From the NCBI GenBank assembly GCA_000388065.2, contig KB932210.1: a DNA stretch of 64,000 bases; one strand, written 5' to 3'. Within the stretch, counting starts at the first letter, position 1; the number at the start of each line of letters is the position of its first letter. Positions 1-11,956 of this stretch are shown here, in pieces. Below the pieces are notes generated by a model. It was not told the DNA's origin. It worked only from the letters and a program-made list of their open reading frames with translations, and searched no databases. The position numbers and the translations under genes were made by a program. Source of the DNA: Fonticula alba ATCC 38817 (lineage: Eukaryota; Protista; Nucleariida).

Positions 1-2118
1 GAAGAGCTCCTCTCCCGGGCGCGCCAGCAGCCAGTGTGCCTGGCCGGCGGTGGAGAAGGTCAAAAAGTGCCCCGGCGGCCAGGCCCCGGGGTGCAGGACG
101 ACGGTCTGGTCCTCGGTCACGCGCAGGCGCGTTTGCGCGACGAGCACCACCGGGGTGCCAGCCGCGCCAGGCAGCTCGAAGTTCCTGGCCTCCAAGCCCA
201 CCTGGGCGTCCCACCACCGAGGCATGCACCGGTTGCCGGCCTGGGAAAAGCGCTGGCCGCATGAAGAGACACACCGGGCCCCGAGCGAGGGGTCATCCTC
301 AAGTAGCCAGCCCGTGTTGCACACGAGGCACTGGCCGCCAGGCATGCAAGTCCGACAGTTTGGCGGGCATGGCTGGCAGGATCCTAGGTCGAGAGTTGGC
401 AGAGGGGATGGGGGACCAGGGGGTCGAGGTTGTGGAAGGGGGGTCGTGGGAGGGGGGTCGTGGGAGGGAGGCCGTGGGAGGGAGGTCGTGGGGGGGAGGT
501 CGTGGGAGGGAGGTCGTGGGGGGGAGGTCGTGGGGGGGAGGTCGTGGGGGGGAGGTCGTGGGAGGGAGATCGTGGGAGGGAGATCGTGGGAGGGAGGTCA
601 GGGAAGGGAGGTCGTGGGAGGGAGGTCATGCAATGAAACGCGGAGAATCAAACGCGGCGAATCAAACGCAGAGCATCGAGATCAGGGCTCGACCAAGCCC
701 AAGCGGGGGGCGGCAGGCCCAAAGGCACGAAAAGGGCATGACATACCGGAATGCGGCAGCAAGTGGTCCCCCAGAGTGAAGCCGTCCGTGCATCCGGCAC
801 ACAGGACCCCGGGAACAGCGAGGGCGGCCCGAGCGCGGCCCGAAACACACCCATACCCCTCGATTCTGAGCGAGGGGTCGGCCTGTGGCGAAACGCACTC
901 GATGGACCAGTCATCGGTGCAGAGGAAATCCGCCGGCTGGAGGTAGGCATACTGCTGGCCGACCAGGGCCCAGGTGCGAGCGCTGCCTGCCTGCCCGGTC
1001 ACCAAACGGGCAAGCCTGAAGCCAGTGGCCCCATCGTCCGAGGCCCCGGCCGGGGGGATGGCCCGCCGCCAGGTCAGCTGGTGCCCCTGGCTGGGGGCCG
1101 CGACGATCCACAGCCCGCTCGAGCCACTGGCAAAGACCGCCCAGCCAGGCGGAGTGTCCACCTCGCCGGGGCCCAGGTCGAGAAAACGCCCCCCGGCGGG
1201 ATGGACCCCCTGTGGGATCGAGTCCAGTGAGTGATCCAAACAGAGGCCAGTCAATTGTGACGGGTCGCTTGTACAAGTGCAAGTTTGGTCGTTGTCCAGG
1301 ACAATGATGCGCATGTGGTGGCCATTCTGGTTGGTCGAGTAAAAGTGTGTCCCCGCCACGCCGAGCACATTGCCCGGGAGGTTGTTGAACAGATTGACCA
1401 ATTGGTGACTCGGGTAGAGGGGCAAAAGGACCATGATGATATTGTTGTTCCACACGACAAAACGGCCCGCGGTCTCGACCACGGCTCCCAGGTACGACGC
1501 CGGCAGATTGATGCTCGTGATGATGTCTGCTCCGAACGCGCCTCCATGGAACTGGTACAGTTTCAGATGACCTTCCTCCGAATGGAAGACCAGGAAGGCG
1601 ACCTTGCTCGGAGATGAGGCGGAGATGGCCAGCACCCTGCTCGATGCCGGGATGATGGTGGTCTTCCACTGCGAGCCGTCCAAAACAAGCAGGAGCCCCG
1701 ACCCGACACCGACCAGCGCCGGGCCCTGGCGAGAGGACACCAGACGAAGGGCAACCTCCTGGGTGCCGGTCGGCAGGGGGATGGTCTGGGTGGGGAGCGG
1801 CCGGCCGAAGGCCCCGCCAACCCGATAGTCGGAGTTTAGGTCCAGCCTCAGGCCGGTTTGGGTGGCGCAGTCCGTCTCGCCGGTGGTCTGCACGGCGCAC
1901 AGGGTCCCCGGCTGATCGGGCCCATGCGAAAGGATGCTCATGCCGGGAGCGGGGCTTTGGGTGAAGGCCCATGGCTGCGCCTGGAGGTACATGTCGGGCA
2001 GCATTGTCGGGGCCATTCGAGCCAGGGGCAAGCCCCAGGCGGCCAACACCAGGAGGAGAGCCACCAGCGGGCCCGGGGCCCAGGAGCGCCGGGCTCCTGA
2101 CCATCGGCCGCGCGACAT
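1..2118 (-). CDS. Receptor kinase paralogue A, 5' part (signal peptide + domain 1, intron 384-746, furin-like repeat + start of domain 2); runs off the left edge
   Basis: ATG at 2118 in GCCACCATG context; hydrophobic signal LVALLLVLAAWGLPLA; family Cys cap FLCTDDWSIEC...GYGCVSGR...LCAGCTDG. GTATGT donor at 746 and CTAG acceptor at 384 join in phase 1 to give GSCQPCPPNCRTC...CLVC, which continues to position 1. Confidence 0.88.
421..630. repeat. 14-bp minisatellite (GGGAGGGAGGTCGT)n, ~15 degenerate copies, inside intron 1 of paralogue A
   Basis: Direct reading: repeated ggagggaggtcgtg / ggggggaggtcgtg / ggagggagatcgtg units. Confidence 0.95.
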
Positions 2119-2356
2119 GGTGGCCAGTGGCCGGAGGGGGGGGGGGNNNNNNNNNNNNNNNNNNNNNNNNNNNNNNNNNNNNNNNNNNNNNNNNNNNNNN
2201 NNNNNNNNNNNNNNNNNNNNNNNNNNNNNNNNNNNNNNNNNNNNNNNNNNNNNNNNNNNNNNNNNNNNNNNNNNNNNNNNNNNNNNNNNNNNNNNNNNNN
2301 NNNNNNNNNNNNNNNNNNNNNNNNNNNNNNNNNNNNNNNNNNNNNNNNNNNNNNNN

Positions 2357-5300
2357 AATCAGCACCCGCACGATACTCGCTCTCCAGGCAGCCGGACACG
2401 CAGGTCCCCACGCCGGGGGCCGCCTCGACAAGCTCCAGCCCCGCGCCGCAGTCGGTGCACTGGTCGGCCCCGCCGCCGGCGCACGTCCGGCAGCTGACGT
2501 CGCACGGCTGGCACGACTCGCCGTTGCTGAACATCCCGGCCGGACAGTCGGTGACACACTGCCCGTCGGTGCCCAGCACGAGGCCGGCCCCGCACACCAG
2601 GCAGCCGTCCGCCCTGCAGGAGGCGCACCCAGGATCACAAGGGACGCATGTGCCGGTGGCGCCGGCCGCCGGCGGGCCCGCGGCCCAGCGGAAGCCGGCC
2701 GCACACACCCGGCACCGGTCGGCCGCCTGGGCGCACAGGGCGCAAGACCCATCGCACGCGGCGCATCGGCCAGCGCCGACATACTCGCCCGGGGCGCAGG
2801 TGCTGCCGCACAGCGAGGGCGTCGAGCTTTCGGTCGCCAGGAACACCAAGTTGCTCCGGCAGGTGGTGCAGGCGCCGGCCTCGGTGCACCGGTCGCACGA
2901 GGCGTCGCACGGCCGGCAGACCGGGCCTCCGGCCGGGCCGATGAAGTGCCGCGCCGGGCAGAGGGCACACGTTTCCACACCCGCCGGGCACTTGAGGCAT
3001 GGCGCCTGGCACGGGACGCAGTGGGCCCCCTGCGGGGCGAAGCCATCCGGGCAGGCGGCCACACAGGCCCCCTGGTGGAGGTAGTGGCCGGCCGGGCACG
3101 AGATGCAGGCAGCCGGGTTGCCAGGCAGCGAGCATTCGGCGCACGATGCATGGCACTCATAGCACCGGTCCCGGGGGAGCAGCGGGTCCGCGTCCACCGG
3201 CAGCAGAGCCATCCCCATGGTGCAGGAGACGCACTGGTACTCCTGCACCTGCGGGTCCGGCTGCAGGCAGAGCAGGCAATCCCCATGGCAGTCGCAGTGG
3301 TCTTGGCCGTTGGCGTGCAGGCCGGCCGGGCACTGCCCGACGCACATGTCACTCGGCCGGTCGCGCACGGTGAGCGTGCACTCGGTGCAGTGCTCCGGCC
3401 CGGGCCCGGTGCACTGCCGGCATGCCGGGTCACAGGCGAGGCACTCCTCCGAGTAGGTGGCCGCCGAGCAGACGTCCAGCTCGATGGTCAGCAGGGCCGG
3501 CTGGCCCGGGGCCAGGGCCAGCGCGACGCCGCGCCCGGGCCCGGCCGACAGGGCCCCCGCCGGCCCGGCCGCCGGCAAAGCCACCAGACCCACCAGCGAG
3601 GGGTCCGGCATGCCGGGCGCCGGGAACACCCGCCCGGGCAGGAGCCAGCACTGCCGGCTTGGCGAGGCCGACGGGCAGTGCAGCAGCGAAAGGGCCACCC
3701 TGCCGTCCGCCAGCAGGAGCAGCAGCCCGCTCGGGTATTCCGCGTGGCCGAGGCGCACCGGGGCCGCCTGGAAATTGTCCCGCACCGCCGGCGCGGCGGT
3801 CAAGTCCAGCAGGGGCAGCCGGTTGAAGGGGATGTCCTTGGTCCGGCCGTGCGGCCGCAGGCCGTGCGGGTAGAGCTGCGCGATCCAGGTGACCCGGGCC
3901 CCGTCGGGCGGGCTGGCGTCCAGGAGCCCGGTCAGGAGGAACTCCTCCGGGCGGCCCGGCTGGCCGGTGGGCAGGGCCACCGCCTGGAGGGTCGGATGCC
4001 GGGCCGAGGACATGGGCATGGCCAGGAGCATTTGCTGCGTGACGCGCGGGTCCTCGGCGACGAGCATTTCCAGCGGCAGCAGCACATCCGCGTTCAGGGC
4101 GGCCATATGAAGCAGCTGGCCCATGGCCACCATGGCCGGGTCGGCAAGTGGCTGGGGGAAGGGCGCCGGCAGGGCCGACACCGAGATGCCGGTGTCGACC
4201 AGCTGGGCCGTGCCGTCCGGCCGGACGCGGATCAGGATCACCGACTTGGCCAATGTCACCGCGGCCGCGGTGGTGGCGTTCACCCGGACCAGGCGCGACG
4301 TCGGCGAGTGGTGCAGGCGGACGCCGCCGGCCGGGTCGGCCTCCGCCAGGCAGGCAGCCCCCGTGGACGGGGGTGGCATGCCCTGGCACAAGATCCGCCG
4401 GTAGTCCAAGCCAGCGGGGCCGGTGCTCAGGGCCACGAGGACCGGGTGCCCGGAGGGCTGGCGGCTGGCGGCCACCAGCTCCAGGTACGAGTGCGCCCCC
4501 GGCATGGCCACCGACAGGCCGAGCGGGGCCGTGGCATCCGGCATGCCTCCCGCCCCGCTGGCCCAGAGGATGCTGCCGTCCTGGTGGAAGAGCAGCAGGT
4601 GCTCCCCCGGGCCGGCGGTGCTGGCCCCGGGCTCGAGCCAGCCAATGCGCGGGGTCGACTCGCCGGCCTGCCGGACCAGGCGCGTGGATGCCACCAGGTC
4701 CACCTGCGAGTGCCACTTGGCGTCGGCCCCCGGCAGGGGCAGCACCCCGGCCGAGGCCCTCAGGTGGGCCCTGGGCGCCGGCAGGCAATAGGCCCCGCGA
4801 TCGAGGAACCCCTCGTCGCAGGTGAGCACGCACCTTTCGCCGGCCGGCGGCCCGGCGTCAATCTGCAGCTTGTGGCCATCATCACACACAAGGCACCCGT
4901 CGACATTGGCGCACGCCCGGCACAGGGGGTCCTGGCATTCGGCGCACGGGGTGCCTGCGGGCGGCGGTGGTCAGTGTCGGCCCGGCCGAGGCGGCAGAGG
5001 GTGGCCCTCCGGCACGTACTGTCATCGAGCGGCAGCATGGTGGTGGTGCGCCCATCGGCGCAGGCCGCGCACAGGCGCCCATCCTGGGAGAAGATCGAGC
5101 GCGCCCGGCCGGCGACACAGTCCCAGCCGAGGATGTTCTGCGGGTCCGGGGGCTCCGGGGCGCCATTGCAACGGATGGTCCGGTCGTGGATGGCCCCGGC
5201 CCCGGCCCCGGGCACGCAGCCGAAGTCCACACTGTCGAAGTAGACATACTGCCCGACCAGGGCCCAGGCCCCCGGGGCGCCGAAGCCTCGGCGCATGAGG

Positions 5301-6469
5301 GCCGGCTTCAGGCCGGTGACCGGCTCGTGGTTGAGCGGCAGCGACACCGCGTCCCAGGCCCCCGGGCCCGGGGTGGCCGACAGGGCCAGGCGAAAGAGGC
5401 CGGCCGGCGGGATGGCCAGAAAGAGCCACCCCGTCGGCTGGGCAAGGGCCTGGCCCGAGGGGGCCAGGATGCGCGCCTGTGCGGTGGCCGTCACCCCCGG
5501 CGGCAGGGGCTGCCTGAGCATGGCGGCCGGCGACTGGTCCAGGTCATCGCCGGCGATGATGCCCAGCTCGTCGGCAAAGAGGACCACCAGGTCCGGCGGC
5601 CCGCCAGGCGGCGCCCATGGCAGGATCCGCGACTCCACCAGGTCCAGGATGTCCTTGCCGAGCTGCGCCCTCGGGCGGAGGACCACCGGCTGGGCCGACA
5701 CCGAGGCGATCTTGTCCGCGTGCCAGAGGATGAATGTGTCGGCGCTTCGCCCGGAGGCGATGGCCCGCATGCCCGGCAGGACCCCGCCCGAGGCGATGTT
5801 CGTGGGCAGGAGGGTCGAAAAGGACACGACCACCATGTCCATGTCGGTGTGGAACACCAGCGCCAGGACCTGGTCGCCCCCGCGCGAGGACAGGGTCACC
5901 GCGGCGATGTCCTTGACGCCGGTGAAGGTGGTTTGCAGGCCCGCCCGGCCGAGCAGCCCCTCGTAGAGGTGCATCTGGAAGGGGGAGGACACCCCGGCGT
6001 AGGCCGGCAGCAGGGCCGCCGCCTGGCCGGAGGTGTGGGTCACCGCGAGCAGCCACTGCCCCGGGTCGGGCATCGGGTTGGGCGGGGCCTGGCCCATGTT
6101 CACCTCCGCCCCGTTGAAAAACGGCCCAAGCCGATACTCCGGCAGGATGTCCAGCCGGAGGAAGTCCTGGGAGTACACCGCGGCGGACATGTTTGACTGG
6201 AACGCCACCCCGGAGGCAAATGCCCCCCCGGACAGGCCGCCCAGCATGTGCACCAGCAGCTGGCTGTGCAGGCGCGACACGGCCCGAATGTAGTGCCGTG
6301 TGGCGGGCGCGGCCCTTGCCGCGTCCAGGGCCCCATCTGGGGCTGCGTGTGCCGGATCGAAGGCCGCCGCCGCCGCCGCCATCAGGACCGTCAGCAGCAG
6401 CGCCAGAAGCAGCGCGAGGGGGAGGCCGGGGGCCCTGTCTCGGGCCGCGGCGCGCGGCTCCCGGGCCAT
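2357..6469 (-). CDS. Receptor kinase paralogue B, ectodomain (exons 6469-5020 and 4954-2357), cut off at an N-gap before TM and kinase
   Basis: ACCATGG start; signal LPLALLLALLLTVLMAAAAA; domain-1 Cys cap; 65-nt phase-1 intron 4955-5019 (GTACGT...GCAG); domain 2 motifs (EDPR, HGRTKDIP, YPSGLLLL...C...C); furin-like stalk closely matching paralogue E. Confidence 0.9.
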
Positions 6470-7055
6470 GGTACGCAGGCCGGGCGGAGGGAGAACGGGA
6501 GGCGGGGGCAGGGGGAGGGGGGGGGGGCAGGGGCGGAGGAGGGGACAGGGACAGGGGAAATGCAAGGGACAGAGGGGGTATATGCGGATCCCGGCATCCC
6601 ACTCCCTCCGTGGGCGAGCCCCGTGAAAAAGGGCTCCCCCGCACGCAGGCTGGCTGGCCGGCCAATCCCGCATCGAGCACCAGGCGCCGCCATCCCGCCA
6701 GGGCGCCCCCTCTTGGCGGAGCGGGCGTCCCTCTGTCGGCGGGCCCGGCCGCACTTTTCCGGCGATGTGCCCTGGCTGGAAGCTGGCACGGTGGCGCCAG
6801 CAGGGGGCCCCTCGGGGCGGGGCCATCCGGGGCCCAGGCCCGAGATGGATGCCGCGCGGGGCTCCCCCGACCCGGGCGGGGCGCGGCCATCGTTCCGGCC
6901 TGGGGCCGCCATCCGCGTGTGTCGGCCTTCGAGTCAACAGCACGTTCAGGGGGGTCGGGGGGGGGGGGGGACAGGAGCGCTCGCGGGAAAATGCGCCCGG
7001 GGCCACGGCGCGTCGGTTTAAAGCAAGGCGCGGCGCCCCAACTGCCAGCGCCACG

Positions 7056-7126
7056 GCGTCGATGGTTTAGTGGTAGAATTGCCGCCTGCCACGCGGTAGA
7101 CCCGGGTTCGATTCCCGGTCGACGCA
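7056..7126 (+). tRNA. tRNA-Gly-GCC: tRNA-Gly (anticodon GCC)
   Basis: Acceptor GCGTCGA/TCGACGC + A; D-loop TAGTGGTAGAA; anticodon arm GCCGC-CTGCCAC-GCGGT; T-arm CCGGG-TTCGATT-CCCGG; T5 Pol III terminator ~12 nt downstream. Confidence 0.97.
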
Positions 7127-7963
7127 CGCGCTCCTCCTTTTTGTCCGGACGACCCCGGCCAGCCGCCTGGCAGCGCACAGCCGCGCCCGGGGGGAAGGGG
7201 AGGGAGGAGGGCGCGGGGGATCGGCCGGGGGGACACGCGCACCGCGGCGGGGGGGATGGTGCTCCGCGCGGCCCGGGTTTTTCCCGGCCGCCCCGGCGCC
7301 GCACCTCCTCCGACACAGGCGTGGGGGGGGCATGGCGCCCCTCGCGGCCCGGGTCCGACGCCGGGACCGAGGGGCCGCATCGCCGGGGGGAGACCCGACA
7401 GCCGCGCGGCGATAACGCCAAGCACATCGTCGCTGCGCAGAATAAGGCCCGGCCACCACAGAAAAGGGCCCATTGCTTGGCACACTGGCAGGGGGGGGGC
7501 AGGCTTCTCCAGAGCGGCCAGATGCCAACTCATACAGGGCGCGCCGTCGCCGTGCGCCCGGGCCGATTGTGGATGGAGCTCGGGGGGGGGGAGAGGCCAT
7601 GAAAGGGTCAAACACGGGGTCCCGGGGGATGGGGCGGTGCAATGGGCGCCGGGCGTGCTCCGGCCTTTGCGCATTATGCACGTGTTACTCGATCATGACG
7701 TGGGCACATGCCCAGAGGGGCCTGTGGCTCGCGACGGATGATCGCCCGTGTGATGTGCCCGGTGCCGGCGGCCACCGGCCCCCGCGCCTGGCCAGCCCCG
7801 GGGCGTCTCCCCCCCCCCCCGCTGCCCGGGACTTGGGTGATTCCATTGTGGCCCCCCACCTGCTGATCGACAGAGATGTATTTGACTGTCTGGCCAAGAA
7901 GCTACAACCCGGGGGGGAGGGGGGGGGGCTGGCGGCCAGGATGCCGCCGAGCCACGCGACCAC

Positions 7964-8874
7964 TCAGCCACGGAGTGCCAGGGCCGAGGCGCACTGGACG
8001 CGGAAGGTGGCTGCCGGCGGCCGCTGCGCCGGGTCCGAGTCCCAGGACAGGGCCACAAGCGCCCCGAGGCCAGGGTTGGCGCCGGCGGCGATGCCGGGCC
8101 GGGTGCCCACCTGCACCGAGCTGGAGATGGTCTGGAAGTCGGCACCTGAGCCGATGTGCGTGCGTGTGTGTGTGTGTGCGTGACAGAATTGCGGCCGGGT
8201 CAGATACATCGGGGGCTGGGTGGAGGGGGCGAGAGGGGCCGGCTAGCGCACCGTCCCAGGGGGTGGCCCGGTGGAGGCACTCCCACAGCATGATGGCCGC
8301 GCTGTAGATGTCCGCCGGGAGGTAGTGGTCCCGGTCGAGCGGGCGCTTCCGGTGGAAGGCGGCCAGCACCTCCGGCGCGGCGTACCGTGCCGTCAGGGCG
8401 TTCAGCTCCGGCGCCTGGCTCACCAGGGTGGACGACCGGTCGGTGCTGAGGTTGCGCGAGGTGCCCAGGTCGCCGAGGGCCGCGCGCCAGCCGCCGTCCG
8501 GGCGCTGGCTGGCAAACACATTGCCCGGCTTCAAGTCCCGGTGGGCGATCCCCTGCGCGTGCATGGCCTCCAGCCCGGAGGCCCACTGCTGGCAGATGTC
8601 CAAGATGGTGCCCTGGTCCAGGGGGACGTCCGAGTGCAGGAGTGTCTGCAGGTCCGTGTCGAAGCGCTCCATGACGATGGCCGGCGGCTGCTCGCTGTAC
8701 CCGTACAGCCGGACGACATTCGGCGCGTCGCGCAGCAGCCACATCAGCGCCACCTCGTTCTGGAAGAGGGTCACCTGCGTGGGGGTCATGCGCGCGGCCT
8801 TCAGCTGCTTGATGGCCACGGTGCTCGGGCAGCCCAGCCGGTCGGAGATGCCGGCCCCGACGGCGTGTGCCGCG
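7964..8874 (-). CDS. Paralogue K: kinase-domain 3' part only (exons 8874-8252 and 8145-7964); 5' part lost in the N-gap
   Basis: VAIK, FQNEVALMW, HRDLKPGN, GDLG, RYAAPE, ADIYSAA motifs. The 106-nt phase-1 intron 8146-8251 (GTGCGC...TCAG) restores the C-lobe (GADFQTISS...LSWDSDPAQRP) up to the TGA. Confidence 0.9.
8155..8182. repeat. (GT)n/(GCGT) microsatellite in the C-lobe intron of K
   Basis: tgtgcgtgcgtgtgtgtgtgtgtgcgtg. Confidence 0.85.
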
Positions 8875-8884
8875 NNNNNNNNNN

Positions 8885-9870
8885 CCCCCCCCCCCCCCCC
8901 CCGGGGGGGGGGACCACTGGGCGTGCTGCATGGCGCAATGTGACGCCGGCCACCGTGCCAGGGCAATGTTCTGGCGCCGGGTCTCGCCTGTGGCCCGCCC
9001 TGCGGCGGGGCCTGTGACGCCCCATTGGCGCCTGGGCCCCTGCCCTCCAGCGTGCCGCCGGTCGGCCGGCTCCCGGTGGCCGCGTGCCTGCGCGGCACAC
9101 TGGCGCCCCCGCGCCTCGCCCCCCCCCCTCTTGGCGCGGCCGGCTCTTCGTCGGGACATCGCTCATCGGCCCAGAGCACGGCTCTGGCACACCTGCCCGC
9201 GCGCCGGTGTGTCCCACTGCTCGGCCGGCCGGGCGCATGCCCGTGCCGATACAAGCGCCCGCCTGACACCTCCCGGCGCCAAGGGTCCTGATCTCGCCCT
9301 CGGCCGTGACAAGATCGCCCGAGCATCTGCTGCCTGGCCAGGGGGGGGGCCAGCGCGCAGCCAACCGGCAGGCGGCTGTCCCAGGCCCCGGGCGCAGGGC
9401 CGCCGCCGGCGGAGCCGGGAGCCCTGCCGCCGGCGCCCCGGCGACATCCCCCACAAGGGTAGCATGGCCGTGGCATGGCCACCGGGCTGCCGGTACTGCC
9501 CCCCCCTCCCCCCCAGCCAGCACGGCAGGCTGTCGCGGGCCGATGCCTCGCGGCCTGGGGCCGTGGGACATCGCGCCGCGGCTCGACCCCCGGCGCGCTG
9601 AGCCCCCCCCCCCCCTATGGGCGGCGAGCAGCCCGTCGCCGCCGGCCGCTTCCGACGGTGGCCGCCGCTCTGAAACGCGGCTGCTCACCTCGGCCGAGCT
9701 CCCGCACCCGGCGATTGGCCGGCATCAAGACGCCCGCTCCCCCGGGGGGAGGGCCCGGGCGCGGCAAAAAAGGTATGTCCGAACCAGGACTCGAACCTGG
9801 GACATTCTGTGTGTTAGACAGATATGATAACCATCTACATCATTCGGACGCGGCGGATGGGACCCGGCCG
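8885..9870. repeat. 986-bp segment duplicated at 15843-16828 (copy 1)
   Basis: Constant offset of 6958 from the C18G10 run to the end; the ORF-track translations are identical at that offset; copy 1 starts at an N-gap. Confidence 0.95.
9776..9849 (-). tRNA. tRNA-Val-AAC: tRNA-Val (anticodon AAC), copy 1
   Basis: Minus strand GTCCGAA...TTCGGAC-A acceptor; anticodon arm TCTGT-CTAACAC-ACAGA; T-arm CCAGG-TTCGAGT-CCTGG; T6 terminator 4 nt downstream. Confidence 0.97.
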
Positions 9871-11210
9871 CGCGCGAGGCCATTTTTAGGACGCCGCCTC
9901 TGCGGCCCCGCGCCCCGCCGCGCAGGGGGACCGGCCGCAGCCCACGCACACGAGGACACCGCACACGCCGCAGCCTCGCAGGAAGCGAGCCCCGCGCCGG
10001 AATCGCCGGCTCCCCGCCGAAGGCGCGGCCCCTCCCGTGCGCCGTGGAACCCCCGCACCTGGCGCGGGCCGCGGCACCGTCGCCCGAGCCCCGATACACC
10101 CCAACCGCGTCTTGCCTCGCGGGCCATGCCCCGCCGTCCCCTGCGGCGGGCCGCCCCGCCCCCGCGCCGGGCACGTTCCCGCGTGGCCGGGGTGCGCGGG
10201 GTCCGACGCGCCCCGAGCGCGCCGTGATGGCCGCCAGCAGCCCCGGGGGTGTCTCACCCCCCGCTCTTGGGGGGGCGGGGGAACTACCGCACGGGGCGGC
10301 GTGCTCCGGGGCCCGGGTGCGCGGGGAACAGGCCCGCGGCACTGCCAACGCATGGGCCCCTCACGCATGGGCCCAAGACAAATGTACGTCCTCGGCGCAC
10401 GTACATTTGATGGTGTGTATCATATTTGTTTATTTGTTTTTGGTCCATTTCGCGCGATCCGGCCGTTTCGGATTTTCGCCTGAACCCTCCTTCTCTGCAA
10501 GGGGGATCGGCCAACTCCGGGGCACGGTCGCGCCATCCCGGGCGGCGGCATGTATCACTCGGCGCCGGATCCGGCGGGGCTCATCCCGGGGCTCGTCTTC
10601 CCGGGCCCATATGTTCGTTCGGCACCCCCCGGCCGGCCCTTGCTCGGCGCCCACAGGCAACGGGCCCCGCCCGGCGGCTCACCACCGCGGCAGGGGCAAG
10701 GGCGCCGGGATCCGTTGCGGGCGTCGCGGCCCGCGAATGGCGCGGCCGGTTCCAAACTCACCCGGAGCACCCCCCAGGCATGGGGCTCCTTGGCGTCGCC
10801 GGTCCCGGAGCCGCCCCCCGCCAAGTTCCCTGCGGTGCGACGTGCGACACATACACATGCACGCGCACAGGGGCCCGGGGCCTGGGGATTGGGCCCGGCC
10901 GAGGTGCCTCTCGCCGGACCGATGCATTCGCCGCCCGGGCGGCAGTGCGCTCGCCGCCGCCAGCCCACCACCGTGGCCGCAGGGTCGAGCTGCCCTCCCG
11001 GCCGGCGGCCCACGCCCCCGATGAGGCCTGCACGGCGCGCGGCCCGGCCCCAGGGGGGATCCTAGAATGGGTCCTGCGAGCATGCGCCAGGCCGCCCCGC
11101 CGGTGTGCCTTGGGCATGCGCCTCGGAGGACTGCACGCCTGGCGAGCTCCCCTCCCCCCTCTCTCCGCCTCTCCATGGCTCTCCTGCGGCTCGTGTGGTG
11201 TGCCAGACAT

Positions 11211-11247
11211 GCACGCACGCACACGCACACACACACGCACACACGCA
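11211..11247. repeat. Interrupted (CA)n microsatellite
   Basis: gcacgcacgcacacgcacacacacgcacacacacgcac. Confidence 0.85.
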
Positions 11248-11956
11248 CCCTGCATGGTGATGATGCGGCCCGCCTCGTGGCGTCGCGTTGACCCTCGGGT
11301 CCGTGATCTCGCCGGCTGCCCGGCGCCCGTGCCCCTCCCTGTGGACGAGGCATGGCCACCTGTTGGCTGCTCTCTGCCCTTGGCCCGAGCACTCGCCGCC
11401 ACGTTGGCACTCCGTGGCATGAGCGGTGGATGCGCGCCCGGGCCGCCGGGAGCGCCCGCTGGCCCTCGCACAGGCAGCCGGCCGCCCAACTGACCGCCCT
11501 CCTCCCCTGAGATCCGCCCGCAGGCCGGACCCCTCGGCGACGGGCGGCCTAACACCCTCCAGGCCGGCATAACACCATCCCCCCCCTCTCCCGATCGCCG
11601 CCCAGCTGGGCGCGCCTCCATCCGACGAGCGCGCGCCGAAAGGCCCCTGCCGACCTCGCGGCGCAGAGGCGCACAGAACCCCAGGTGTACGTTGGTACCT
11701 GGACCGACACCTGCGCGTCCCCTGGCCGTGTTATTTACTTCTTCCTGCCGTTCCGCCTCTTTTGTGCGAGCCCCCGCCCAGGAGCCCGAGGCCTTGGGCC
11801 CAAGCCCCACATCGCCATCTGCCACCCCGCGGCCTGCCCCCCCCCCCCCCTTCCTTGTGCCCTTGCCCTGTCCCTGCCCGTCGCCCCTGCCTCCGGCCAG
11901 CATCGTTTTCTTCCCCTCGGCGGTCGCCCACCCGCCTGCCAGCGAGCGCCACAAGC

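Noticed and set aside
421-630. Minisatellite as a CRISPR array
   Set aside because: The units are contiguous with no unique spacers, there are no cas genes, and the context is a eukaryotic intron.
7865-7890. ACAGAGA resembling the U6 box
   Set aside because: The following sequence (TGTATTTG) does not match U6 (AGATTAGCATGG).
7964-8874. K as a stand-alone cytoplasmic kinase or as the missing 3' end of B
   Set aside because: It begins mid-N-lobe exactly at an N-gap, so it has no start of its own. It lies upstream of B on the same strand with contiguous sequence between them, so it cannot be B's 3' end.
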